A DNA stretch of 64,000 nucleotides. Source: a virus. The notes under the pieces were generated by a model that was not told the DNA's origin, did not search any database, and saw nothing but the letters and a program-made list of their open reading frames with translations. Each line of letters begins with the position of its first letter. The first letter of the stretch is position 1. The DNA is taken from positions 1 through 64,000 of IMG/VR virus record IMGVR_UViG_3300032242_002717, one strand, 5' to 3'. This document shows positions 1 to 8,284 of this stretch, piece by piece. Both the position numbers and the translations under genes were made by a program.

Positions 1-62
1 CGTCCGGAGGACCGGAGGACCGGACGTCCGGAGGACCGGAGGACCGGACGTCCGGAGGACCG
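1..62. repeat. 24-bp tandem repeat CGTCCGGAGGACCGGAGGACCGGA x2.5, truncated by window start
   Basis: Units at 1-24, 25-48, partial 49-62; core GGACCGGAGG is the reverse complement of the CCTCCGGTCC core at 3155-3357. Confidence 0.95.
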
Positions 63-156
63 TAGCTACCAGGAAGGAAACAACCTAATAAGTAACGCAC
101 TATACAATTGAACAGTTTTTACTATTCTGTTCTAGTTTCGCGCTTTCCTTGCAACT

Positions 157-185
157 ATTGTACCAAAATACTAGGAAAATATCAA
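157..185 (-). promoter_or_regulatory. sigma70-type promoter firing leftwards
   Basis: Minus strand TTGATA-17 nt-TACAAT with extended -10 TG. Confidence 0.65.
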
Positions 186-199
186 GATAATTCGGCGCA

Positions 200-233
200 T
201 AAAAAAACAACCTATTTTTTAGGATAGGTTGTT
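200..233 (-). terminator. Intrinsic terminator of the amidoligase gene
   Basis: AACAACCTAT/ATAGGTTGTT stem followed by a T run on the minus strand, just after the stop at 260. Confidence 0.7.
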
Positions 234-259
234 CAAAGAATTCTGGAAAAGACTATTTT

Positions 260-1573
260 TTAGAATAATCTTGAAGGCGTATCTTTAAGCTTGGCTATAT
301 CATCAAAATATTTTGATATTTTGGCCAGTATTACTGGCCATTTATCTTTATTGCTTGCAAGGTAGCCATGGTAGTTCTCCGGAGTAAGCATGCTCCAAGA
401 TACTCCAGAACGCACCCAAGCGCGCAAACTATCGGCAAACTCAGCATACGATATTGCATCATCTAAGGTTAGGCACTGCGCGAATAGTCTTAACTCTACT
501 CTACTTTTATCAGTCAAATTGACCGCACTCGAACGATAGGTTCTACTCTCGAACATCCTTAATCTTCGCGCGCAATAGCCATTTTGCGATCTATTGGCTA
601 TCATATCAATGAAATTGATATGCTTGGAATTGTTTACGAACGAATGAATTTTACCTATTTCATAGGCTTTCAGTGTGGAACGGTCAATACTAACGTGAGT
701 CCCTGCGTTATCTGTATGGTCAAGGTTATCCAATATCGTCCAGAGTTTAGTTAATTTGTCGCGCAGTCTATCTAATGGCATGCGCGCAGACTGGATTTCA
801 AGCCCCGTATCGGAGTCTAAGCTACCATCACGCTCAAAACAGAATGATCGGTTATAGTCAGCTGATATAGCTTCGATAATGTCATCCCTATCATCCGATT
901 CTATCTCAATTTCAATACCTAACCATTGGGATTGCTGGCCATGATGTTTTAACTCCTTCCACGCTTCTCTACCATAAGCTGGTATTGATGCATTATTGCG
1001 CGCGCGCGAATTGGAACATGACGTACAATGCTGGCCAAAATCGCCAAAACTACCCAAATCATCGTCAGAACAGACTTCCCCGCAATCGTCGCAACTAAAA
1101 TAACCATCACCATTACATAAGCATGATTGGCATATATGACCTCCACCGGAGACAGCAATATGATTGTCGTCATGGTGTCTATCTCCGCAAGAGTCACAGT
1201 TAAAACTATGTCGTTCGGCGCAGCGTTCACAGTAAGACTCAGAACTATGTCGCCTATAATGGGACTCATGCGCGTCAACATAAACCTCAACTGCATCATC
1301 ATTTTCAATGATATCGTCACAAGATGAGCAAGTCGAAAAATGATTGTCTATACAATGAGGACACACACGCTGCTCATTAACCTCCGTTAGATCGTCTGAC
1401 GGATAATGCTCACCGCAATAGTCACAAGGCACGATATCGTTATCGGCCAGATATCCATCAATGCAAAACGCGCAGACGGAAGAAACATCATGATGGCTAT
1501 TGACGAAAAGACTATGATTGAACGAAAAATTGTATCGTTCCACCGAACAGGCCGAACATACGATTGAACACAT
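260..1573 (-). CDS. Putative amidoligase (COOH-NH2 ligase fold) with N-terminal CxxC repeats
   Basis: Motifs GIEIEIE, ERDGSL, LEIQS, AGTHVSI, VELRLF; many CxxC pairs; GGAG RBS. Confidence 0.75.
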   Translation of the reverse strand: MCSIVCSACSVERYNFSFNHSLFVNSHHDVSSVCAFCIDGYLADNDIVPCDYCGEHYPSDDLTEVNEQRVCPHCIDNHFSTCSSCDDIIENDDAVEVYVDAHESHYRRHSSESYCERCAERHSFNCDSCGDRHHDDNHIAVSGGGHICQSCLCNGDGYFSCDDCGEVCSDDDLGSFGDFGQHCTSCSNSRARNNASIPAYGREAWKELKHHGQQSQWLGIEIEIESDDRDDIIEAISADYNRSFCFERDGSLDSDTGLEIQSARMPLDRLRDKLTKLWTILDNLDHTDNAGTHVSIDRSTLKAYEIGKIHSFVNNSKHINFIDMIANRSQNGYCARRLRMFESRTYRSSAVNLTDKSRVELRLFAQCLTLDDAISYAEFADSLRAWVRSGVSWSMLTPENYHGYLASNKDKWPVILAKISKYFDDIAKLKDTPSRLF

Positions 1574-1600
1574 AGCTAAGACTCCGTAGTGACGTAGAGT

Positions 1601-1635
1601 AGAGAAGAGAAGAGAAGAGAAGAGAAGAGAAGAGA
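1601..1635. repeat. (AGAGA)7 microsatellite in the amidoligase leader
   Basis: Seven exact copies, intergenic. Confidence 0.95.
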
Positions 1636-1646
1636 ACGGAAGCAGA

Positions 1647-1931
1647 TTAAGAATCTTCAGAGACTAAAACGGAACAATCATCACAATAGTGGAAGCTCCA
1701 AAGATGTCCGCCTATTGCCCTATCAAATACTTGCCATTCGTCGATATAAGACCAACAACTCGCGCATCTTTTTAAGTTTAATGACGCAACGTAGTCTCTG
1801 ACACAACCACAACAAACGTCAGTAAGCTTATGTCGTATTTTGTCGAGACATTCAAACTCATGACGATATTTGCTTGTACGTTTTTTGAGCTTGCAAGAGG
1901 CACACTTCTTAATCGTCTCTTTGATCGGCAT
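1647..1931 (-). CDS. Small CxxC-rich hypothetical protein (start MPIKET)
   Basis: GGAG RBS before ATG at 1931; several CxxC pairs. Confidence 0.65.
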   Translation of the reverse strand: MPIKETIKKCASCKLKKRTSKYRHEFECLDKIRHKLTDVCCGCVRDYVASLNLKRCASCWSYIDEWQVFDRAIGGHLWSFHYCDDCSVLVSEDS

Positions 1932-1940
1932 GGTGACTCC

Positions 1941-1970
1941 AAAAAAAATGGGAGTCTTTTTAGACTCCCA
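1941..1970 (-). terminator. Intrinsic terminator/attenuator hairpin abutting the next RBS
   Basis: Minus strand TGGGAGTCT-AAAA-AGACTCCCA-T8, then GGAGTCACCATG. Confidence 0.65.
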
Positions 1971-1999
1971 ATGGGAAGGAAGGAATGAAGGAAGACAGA

Positions 2000-2284
2000 T
2001 TAGTCTACTGTCAACATAACGGCGCATTTAAGGCAAAAATCATCCTCTCCAGTTACACTTTCTGGGCTTTCTACGGTCACCCACTCCGTTGTCTCCATTT
2101 TGCAGTAAGTGCAAGGTAGCATTCTGTTGCGCATTAGATAGTCTTCTATGCAATTTCGGCAAACCTTAGATAGGTCACGCGCCTCTTCATTTGACTGTTT
2201 GCCATGGTCGAAAAACGAGAGATATTTGAGATCAGAGCAGCATTGGCATCTTTTGAGCGGCGGAACGTAGACACCGTCGATCAT
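2000..2284 (-). CDS. Small CxxC-rich hypothetical protein (start MIDGVY)
   Basis: GGAG RBS before ATG at 2284; CxxC pairs. Confidence 0.65.
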   Translation of the reverse strand: MIDGVYVPPLKRCQCCSDLKYLSFFDHGKQSNEEARDLSKVCRNCIEDYLMRNRMLPCTYCKMETTEWVTVESPESVTGEDDFCLKCAVMLTVD

Positions 2285-2330
2285 GGTAAATACTCCGGAA
2301 AAAGAGAGAAGGAAGTCGGTAACGTCATAC

Positions 2331-2360
2331 ATACTATAGTCTAATTTCTGAGGTAGTCAA
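2331..2360 (-). promoter_or_regulatory. sigma70-type promoter of the leftward early cassette
   Basis: Minus strand TTGACT with TATAGT at 16 nt or TAGTAT at 18 nt. Confidence 0.55.
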
Positions 2361-2943
2361 TACCATGCTCTCATTTTGTTTCCAGTTTGTTCCCGTTTTG
2401 TTTCCAAGCCTAGATATTATGTAGGCGCGCGTAGCAATAAGCATGCCAATGCATACAAAATACCAAAAAATTGCCGAAAAATTACCTAAAACTCTAGACC
2501 CTAAAATCGCCCAGAATCGACGATTGAACCATGGGTGGATAGATTCTACCTCTTTTCCTAGACAATCGATTCTAGGGCACTTTACGGCCACTACACGAAA
2601 TATCGAATATTGTTTATGCCGGAAAAATGGTTCCATGGTACGTTATAGAATAGACCTATTTTTTCGCCAATAGTCAAACGATAGTAAAATTAAACAATAT
2701 TGCGCATGATCGACCTAGTATTGGTTATCCTAGTACTACTACAAGCATAGTATCTAATTTCCTAATACTAGGAATACGATACCATACTATAACGATAGGG
2801 ATAGTATGGATTAAAACTAGATAATACGATCCGATTATCCAATTATAGCCAATAGGTAAGTAAAGCTTTATATAAGCAATTACCTATCAAACATAGTGGC
2901 ATAACGTACACTAACGGACAATAGGTATACGATAGTACAGGTA

Positions 2944-3078
2944 AGACACAAGACTCAAGACACAAGAGGAGAGACACAAGGATACAAGAGATACAAGACT
3001 CAAGACTCAAGAGACACAAGGATGCAAGATACAAGAGATACAAGGATACAAGAGGAGAGACACAAGGATACAAGGATA
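2944..3078 (+). repeat. Purine-rich degenerate 7-9 bp tandem array (GACACAAG/GATACAAG/GACTCAA)
   Basis: Five ACAAGGAT copies at 2976, 3016, 3040, 3062, 3070. Confidence 0.95.
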
Positions 3079-3154
3079 GTGGTAGTGATAGTGGTAGAAT
3101 TGTTTAACATCATGACGATTAAAATAAGACAATATTGTCCTGTTTTCAGAAAAT

Positions 3155-3357
3155 TACTCTCGGCCTCCATGGCCTCCATGGCCTCCATGGCCTCCGGTCC
3201 TCCATGGCCTCCATGGCCTCCATGGCCTCCGGTCTTCTCGGCCTCCGGTCCTCCATGGCCTCCGGTCTTCTCGGCCTCCGGTCTTCCTGTACTCTCGGCC
3301 TCCGGTCCTCCGGTCTTCTCGGCCTCCGGTCTTCCTGTACTCTCGGCCTCCGGTCCT
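3155..3357 (-). repeat. GC-rich tandem array of GGCCTCCAT / CCTCCGGTC / CTTCTCGG units
   Basis: Seven CCTCCATGG and about nine CCTCCGGT copies. Confidence 0.95.
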
Positions 3358-3694
3358 TATTCGCCTATTTTCTAGTGCGATTAAGCAACCTACTATCGAC
3401 GGATTGCAGATTGATTACGATTCTGGGGATAGTCCCCGCCCCCCCTACCATCGGCAATGGCGCGCCATGCCATGGGGGCGGCGTAGTCTCCCCTCCGCGA
3501 TAGCAGGTAAAGTGAAATCTGCAATGGTCTTTGGTAGTATGTACTAAACGTATGTACCGTTTTTGGCGACTCGGTAGTAAAGAGCGTGCTGTATATTGGC
3601 ATGCTCTTATGCGGTCGCTGTGGCTCTGTAGCGAGCCTTAAGGATGCGTACTGGCTATTAGGACGGGTACGCCTTAGGTGGCCTTGTAGGGGCT

Positions 3695-4213
3695 TTATTG
3701 ACCTTGTGGGACATCGTATCCGAGTTCGGTCATCTTGGTGGACAGATCGATAGCTCCATCTTGGTTGACGGAGTAGACTCTTCCGACATGTCGGTTGAAT
3801 GATACGTTGCCTGTGAGCTTGACCCAGACCTGTCCTTTGTCGAGCAGGTCGCTGAGAGTCTTTGTTGCTTGTGTTGCCTTTTGTTTGTTTGGTCCGCTGA
3901 GTTCGGGTGCGTTGAACGACTCGAAGCGTACCCAGGCGTCTACGGAGACCCCGGCTTCGAGGTTGATGCGGAAGAGTGCGGTATCGCCGTCATGGATACG
4001 GATGACGGTTGCCTTGTGTGCCGGGTGCGGATCGAACTCGGGGGTGTCTGGTGGCATCGAGGCCGATACGGGCGATGGCGTGATTTGTTGGTTGGGCTTA
4101 TCTTGGGGACCGAATACGATTACGAGGATCAAGATCACCGAGACAAGGCATACCAGAAACAGGGCAGGGGCCTTCAGGTGATCGGTGAAACGAGCGCGGT
4201 CGGTGGCATCCAT
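3695..4213 (-). CDS. Thermonuclease (SNase-like) with N-terminal membrane anchor
   Basis: VIRIHDGDT, VRFESFNAPEL, FNRHVGRV motifs; hydrophobic N-terminal helix. Confidence 0.8.
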   Translation of the reverse strand: MDATDRARFTDHLKAPALFLVCLVSVILILVIVFGPQDKPNQQITPSPVSASMPPDTPEFDPHPAHKATVIRIHDGDTALFRINLEAGVSVDAWVRFESFNAPELSGPNKQKATQATKTLSDLLDKGQVWVKLTGNVSFNRHVGRVYSVNQDGAIDLSTKMTELGYDVPQGQ

Positions 4214-4338
4214 TGTTTGCCTTTATTTGAGTTGTGAAATTGCGGACTTTTCCTAGCATTATAGGCTAATCCCCTATCCAGAAAAAAAGGACTTTTGTGT
4301 CCACAATGGTCTTTTGTTACTATTTTGTTTCCAGGGTA

Positions 4339-4367
4339 TTGCCAAGTTCGTGCCGCTCTATTAGTAT
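4339..4367 (+). promoter_or_regulatory. sigma70-type promoter of the rightward accessory operon
   Basis: TTGCCA-17 nt-TAGTAT upstream of 4420. Confidence 0.65.
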
Positions 4368-4419
4368 GGGTTCGAGTTAAACGGTTCTGTCAGTTGCTTT
4401 TATTGGACTGGAGTGAGAG

Positions 4420-4749
4420 ATGCTTACAAACGAAGAAGACGAGTCCAAGAACGTGTGCGATAACTGCGGTGACGAGATGACTCTTCTTGAATCAGAAGAG
4501 GGCGGCACAACTTGCGAAGAGTGTGTTGTCTTGATGTGCAGTGACGAACAAGACTACGACGATGAAGACGACTACGAAGATGACGATGAAGACGACGACG
4601 ATGACTATGAAGACTACGATGATGAAGATGAAGACGACGAAGACGAAGATGACGACATGGAAATGTGCGACGACTGCGGGCATAGCCTCTGGACGTGCAA
4701 CTGCACATGGGCAATCTCTGATCGATTGGAGCCTGTGCTAAATGGGTGA
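4420..4749 (+). CDS. Highly acidic small protein with Cys motifs flanking a D/E tract
   Basis: GGAG RBS; ~38-residue D/E/Y tract between CxxC motifs. Confidence 0.7.
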   Translation: MLTNEEDESKNVCDNCGDEMTLLESEEGGTTCEECVVLMCSDEQDYDDEDDYEDDDEDDDDDYEDYDDEDEDDEDEDDDMEMCDDCGHSLWTCNCTWAISDRLEPVLNG

Positions 4750-4993
4750 CGACTACGAAGAGGAGACCAAAGAGAACGCAACGGCCATGTATCTTCAGTC
4801 GTGGCAATTCGTTGCCATTGTCTGGATAACAATGATTAGTTGTTCTTACGGTGTTCTCAGCATCTACTCTTGGGCGTCAGGCTCGGAGTCGCCGCCAAGC
4901 ATATTCCAGGCGTTCGCCCTGATCTGCGTTGTCATGATGTTGCTCGACGTTAAGGAAGAGATCGAAAAGATCTTGGCCCCTAACGAGAGATAG
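4742..4993 (+). CDS. Small two-TM membrane protein
   Basis: Two hydrophobic stretches; overlaps upstream stop. Confidence 0.6.
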   Translation: MGDDYEEETKENATAMYLQSWQFVAIVWITMISCSYGVLSIYSWASGSESPPSIFQAFALICVVMMLLDVKEEIEKILAPNER

Positions 4994-5000
4994 TCGCCAA

Positions 5001-5024
5001 AAAGGTCTCCGCGCGGAGACCTTT
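5001..5024. promoter_or_regulatory. 24-bp perfect palindrome AAAGGTCTCCGCGCGGAGACCTTT (dispersed motif copy)
   Basis: Direct reading; related copies at 5183, 15272, 15820, 28439, 36328, 52344. Confidence 0.8.
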
Positions 5025-5234
5025 GCAGATCTGAGCCAGGGTATGGACGCAGCGTTCGTTTAAACGAACGTAAATGGGCCTTCCTGCGACTTTGGAGGCT
5101 GTCGCCTCCTTATCATCGGGTTGAGCTTGGAGCCTCTTAAATCGAAGATTTGGGGCTTGCGTAAATTTTGAGACGATCAAAGAAACGGTCTCCGCGCTTT
5201 TGTGGAGACCGTTTGTAAGTCGAGAGGCTGAAAA

Positions 5235-5780
5235 GTGATGTCACGTGAATGCAATGATAGGTGCCAATGTTCCGTATGCAAAGAACTTGACATTGTAGAA
5301 TTAGAGGCTGAGAACACAAGACTCAAATGGGAAGCAGAAAGGCTGCGAGAAGAGAATCGCAAACTTAGAGATGCATGGCCAGAAAGCAAGACAATTAAAG
5401 AGTGGTCTTCCGTTGAGAATTCCATTTACGTCACAACGATAGGCAACTTTTTTTCTTACCCTGATTGCCGGTTGTATGGCACTTGGGATGAAGCGGTTAA
5501 TGCAGCAGCAGAGATTACTCCAAGCAAAGAAGAGGCGGGAATATCGAGCGTAGCCGATAAGCTTCGAGAAGAATTGGTCGCTGCACATAAAGAAATAGGA
5601 CTTGTCCGCCAAAGCGCAGGGCAACTCATACTTTATGTGGCGTTGGCACGTTTGGATATGAATGACATGCGTGAGGACATAAGCAACATGTACAACGAAA
5701 ACAAGGAACTTGCTGCAAGGTGTGAGCGTCTTGAGACTGAAAACAAAATTCTTAGGGATGCATTCGAGTGCGTTGGCTAA
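5235..5780 (+). CDS. Modular coiled-coil hypothetical protein (RKLRDAWP module)
   Basis: N-terminal CxCxxC; module shared with 12031-12342. Confidence 0.7.
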   Translation: MMSRECNDRCQCSVCKELDIVELEAENTRLKWEAERLREENRKLRDAWPESKTIKEWSSVENSIYVTTIGNFFSYPDCRLYGTWDEAVNAAAEITPSKEEAGISSVADKLREELVAAHKEIGLVRQSAGQLILYVALARLDMNDMREDISNMYNENKELAARCERLETENKILRDAFECVG

Positions 5781-5798
5781 AACTGAGAAGGGCATGCA

Positions 5799-6083
5799 AT
5801 GCTTGGAACAAGTGCGGTGCGAGACGCGATGAGTACGATGGAAGGCGTTTGTCGGAGTTCTGGAACAGGAGAATCTCTTGACGTTATTCGTCGATACATT
5901 GAAAAGCTTGAGTCTGAGTCTTTTGACGCAAGAGACGAAATTGCTGAGATGGACTCGGTTTTAGAGTCCATTGCATCGTGTCTTGCAAGTAGTGCAGACG
6001 GGACGACCAGTCAAGCGAGATGCATATTGGACAATTGGCGTCTCAATAATGCATTCTGGAAGTCAAGTACGCCTAAGCCGTGA
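5799..6083 (+). CDS. Hypothetical protein
   Basis: ORF in operon orientation. Confidence 0.55.
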   Translation: MLGTSAVRDAMSTMEGVCRSSGTGESLDVIRRYIEKLESESFDARDEIAEMDSVLESIASCLASSADGTTSQARCILDNWRLNNAFWKSSTPKP

Positions 6084-6104
6084 TTCAGTCTATAGTCACG
6101 ACTC

Positions 6105-6623
6105 ATGAGAGAACCTGGACAGTCATCACTCCGAACAATGAGAGGCAAAAGCATGACCGGCGATAAGGGTATGACCCTCGAACAAGTCTACAAGAAACTT
6201 TGCGTTTACGACAAGCGAAGCCCTTATTGTTTGGAATGGTCGTGTGATTTTGGGGCAAACCAAAAACCCAGAGATGGGTGTTTCTGCGACAATTGCTCCC
6301 AGGGGCGTGATCGATTGGCTTTGGAGATATTGCGACTAAAAGAACTTGTAGAAGAAAAAGAGCGACGACTTCTATGCGTCGATGCAGACAAGGCACTCCG
6401 CCAACGTGCCGAGCGTGCGGAAGCCGCACCGCAATGGAGGCCGATAGAGACGGCACCAAGGGACGGGACCGAAGTTTTGACTTGCAATCAGGATAGACAC
6501 ATCTATTTAGATTGGCGTGACGACACTTCAAATTTTCCATTCAACCGAAAATGGTATGGCAATCCAACTCACTGGATGCCGCTACCGCTAGCACAAGCCG
6601 CCGATGCGGCAGAGGACAAGTGA
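6105..6623 (+). CDS. Modular protein with C-terminal DUF551-like domain
   Basis: WRPIETAPRDGT...PTHWMPLP; LRQRAERAE linker; true start may lie downstream. Confidence 0.7.
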   Translation: MREPGQSSLRTMRGKSMTGDKGMTLEQVYKKLCVYDKRSPYCLEWSCDFGANQKPRDGCFCDNCSQGRDRLALEILRLKELVEEKERRLLCVDADKALRQRAERAEAAPQWRPIETAPRDGTEVLTCNQDRHIYLDWRDDTSNFPFNRKWYGNPTHWMPLPLAQAADAAEDK

Positions 6624-6919
6624 TGACTCACGAGTACGATCGAACGTGTTATTGCTCTACATGCCAAGACACGGAAATCGCAGGGCTTAAGGCCGAGATT
6701 GACGCACTTCGCCAGCGTGCTAATCATGCGGAGGTGGCAATAGATTTATACGCGCGATCCTGCGGATGGGACACGCACTGCGAATATTGGGTTCTGCCTC
6801 ACGGTAAAGTCAAAGTCCAGATTTGGCCAGGTCAATTTTACTATTTCCAGACAGACATTGGTCTGGCCGTGATTGCAATTCGAGCCAGACAAGCCGCCGA
6901 TGCGGCAAAGGAGGAATGA
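6623..6919 (+). CDS. Modular hypothetical protein, paralog of 11401-11718
   Basis: TGATG coupling; shared AIDxYARSCGWxxHCEYWV...AVIAIR. Confidence 0.7.
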   Translation: MTHEYDRTCYCSTCQDTEIAGLKAEIDALRQRANHAEVAIDLYARSCGWDTHCEYWVLPHGKVKVQIWPGQFYYFQTDIGLAVIAIRARQAADAAKEE

Positions 6920-7269
6920 TGAGTGATTTTCGACACTCGGTAGGTGCCAAAAATTCAGAAACCTACATGCCGGTTTATTACTCGTGCCCGCATGGTCGAG
7001 CAGCTCAAATTGGAATTGGCTTCAAATGTGAAATCTGCAGTTTGGCAGCGGAAAACAAAGCGTTGAAACATCTACTTAGAAGAGTTTTCGACATTGTTTT
7101 TCAAAACGAGTCGGGACTTTATCGGATTGCCAAACTCAAAGCCTTACTGCAAGAAGATGCTAAAGAGGGGGAATCATGGGTGATTACTGTTGGGAATGCG
7201 GAATGCCTGAGTACAACCCGGAAAAATCTCGGGGAACGCATCTCCCAGTATGCGAGCGAGGTCAATTGA
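6916..7269 (+). CDS. Hypothetical protein
   Basis: GGAGG RBS and ATGA coupling. Confidence 0.5.
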   Translation: MMSDFRHSVGAKNSETYMPVYYSCPHGRAAQIGIGFKCEICSLAAENKALKHLLRRVFDIVFQNESGLYRIAKLKALLQEDAKEGESWVITVGNAECLSTTRKNLGERISQYASEVN

Positions 7270-7478
7270 TTTCAGGACTTGCTGCGGCACGCGATGAGAT
7301 CACCGCACTCCGCCAACGTGCCGAGCGTGCGGAGAATGAACTCGCAGTAACAAACGACATTATTCATCGTGTGGATGAGCTTCTTCGGCGTCATGAAATC
7401 GAATTCCCTGATGTGCGGGAAGAATTAAACAGGTGGTATGACGAACCACCAACCGCCGATGCGGCAGAGGGGGAGTGA
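7176..7478 (+). CDS. Modular hypothetical protein with LRQRAERAE linker
   Basis: GAGGGG RBS; 29-bp identity with 6393-6421. Confidence 0.65.
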   Translation: MGDYCWECGMPEYNPEKSRGTHLPVCERGQLISGLAAARDEITALRQRAERAENELAVTNDIIHRVDELLRRHEIEFPDVREELNRWYDEPPTADAAEGE

Positions 7479-7786
7479 TGAGCGTTTGTTTTACAGGCAA
7501 ATTGGTTAAAACTCGCAAGCCACATCGATGCTTTGGTTGTGCAAAGACCTATCCCGCAGCATCGTTGCTACACTATAGCTCGGGCGTCAACGAGGACGGA
7601 ATGTGGTCAACGTACTTTTGCCAAGTCTGCAAAGACATTTGGGACGCCATGCATAAAGAAGATCCTTTCGCATACGAATCCATCTTTGAAGGCGATTTGT
7701 TTTCTGAATGCCCTGAAGAGTGGCTATCCGTACAAGCCAGGCTCGCGTCCAATTGTTCAAAAGACGAGAACAATCGTGACTCGTAA
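7475..7786 (+). CDS. Zn-ribbon hypothetical protein
   Basis: KTRKPHRCFGC...YFCQVC, a common phage family pattern. Confidence 0.65.
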   Translation: MMSVCFTGKLVKTRKPHRCFGCAKTYPAASLLHYSSGVNEDGMWSTYFCQVCKDIWDAMHKEDPFAYESIFEGDLFSECPEEWLSVQARLASNCSKDENNRDS

Positions 7787-7789
7787 GAT

Positions 7790-8242
7790 TTGAGGTCAAT
7801 CCAAATGTCACAAGATGAGCAAGTCGCAATAATAAAATGTTTTGAGTGTGGACACAACAAAGACATTCAGCATCATCACGTTGTGCCAAAATCGAGGGGA
7901 GGCAAAACAACTTTACCTCTTTGCTCTTCCTGCCATAGCCTTGTCCACAACAAAAAAATGACGAGCGTTTCTTTCTTAACTAAGCAAGCCTTGGGACTGA
8001 GGAAAGCGAACCGTCAAAGAGCAGGCCAAATTCCTTTTGGTTATCGGTTGAGTGAAGACAGAAAAACGCTGATTCCAGATCATGCAATGAGTCAACCGAT
8101 TGAGAGTGTTCGAGCTTTGCGAGAAAGCGGACATACGATCCGCAAGATCGTTGAGATAATGAACGCATCTCAGGGCTTGTCTGCCGAACCTCGAAAATGG
8201 CACATTTCAACCGTGCAAAAAGCCATAGCGTTTTACTCCTAA
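7790..8242 (+). CDS. HNH endonuclease fused to a recombinase-type DNA-binding domain
   Basis: CFECG..HHVVPKSRGG..LCSSCHSLVH then PFGY...IVEIMN...KWHISTV. Confidence 0.7.
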   Translation: MRSIQMSQDEQVAIIKCFECGHNKDIQHHHVVPKSRGGKTTLPLCSSCHSLVHNKKMTSVSFLTKQALGLRKANRQRAGQIPFGYRLSEDRKTLIPDHAMSQPIESVRALRESGHTIRKIVEIMNASQGLSAEPRKWHISTVQKAIAFYS

Positions 8243-8284
8243 AATCATTTCGTTTGAATGTGACAATAGGCGGAGGAGCGAAAC

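Noticed and set aside
2944-3357. CRISPR array
   Set aside because: Short tandem units with no unique spacers; no cas genes
2843-3503. ORFs over the repeat arrays (MASMAS, PPWPPW, GLHGLH)
   Set aside because: Several frames are open only because the repeats lack stops; no RBS or domain
4424-4832. Alternative-frame and antisense ORFs over the acidic gene
   Set aside because: Shadows of the GAY/GAR codon repeat
5004-5021. Head-to-head BsaI/BsmAI sites sharing one 4-nt overhang, suggesting synthetic cloning scars
   Set aside because: A seamless assembly would remove the sites, and natural-looking degenerate variants exist; treated as coincidence
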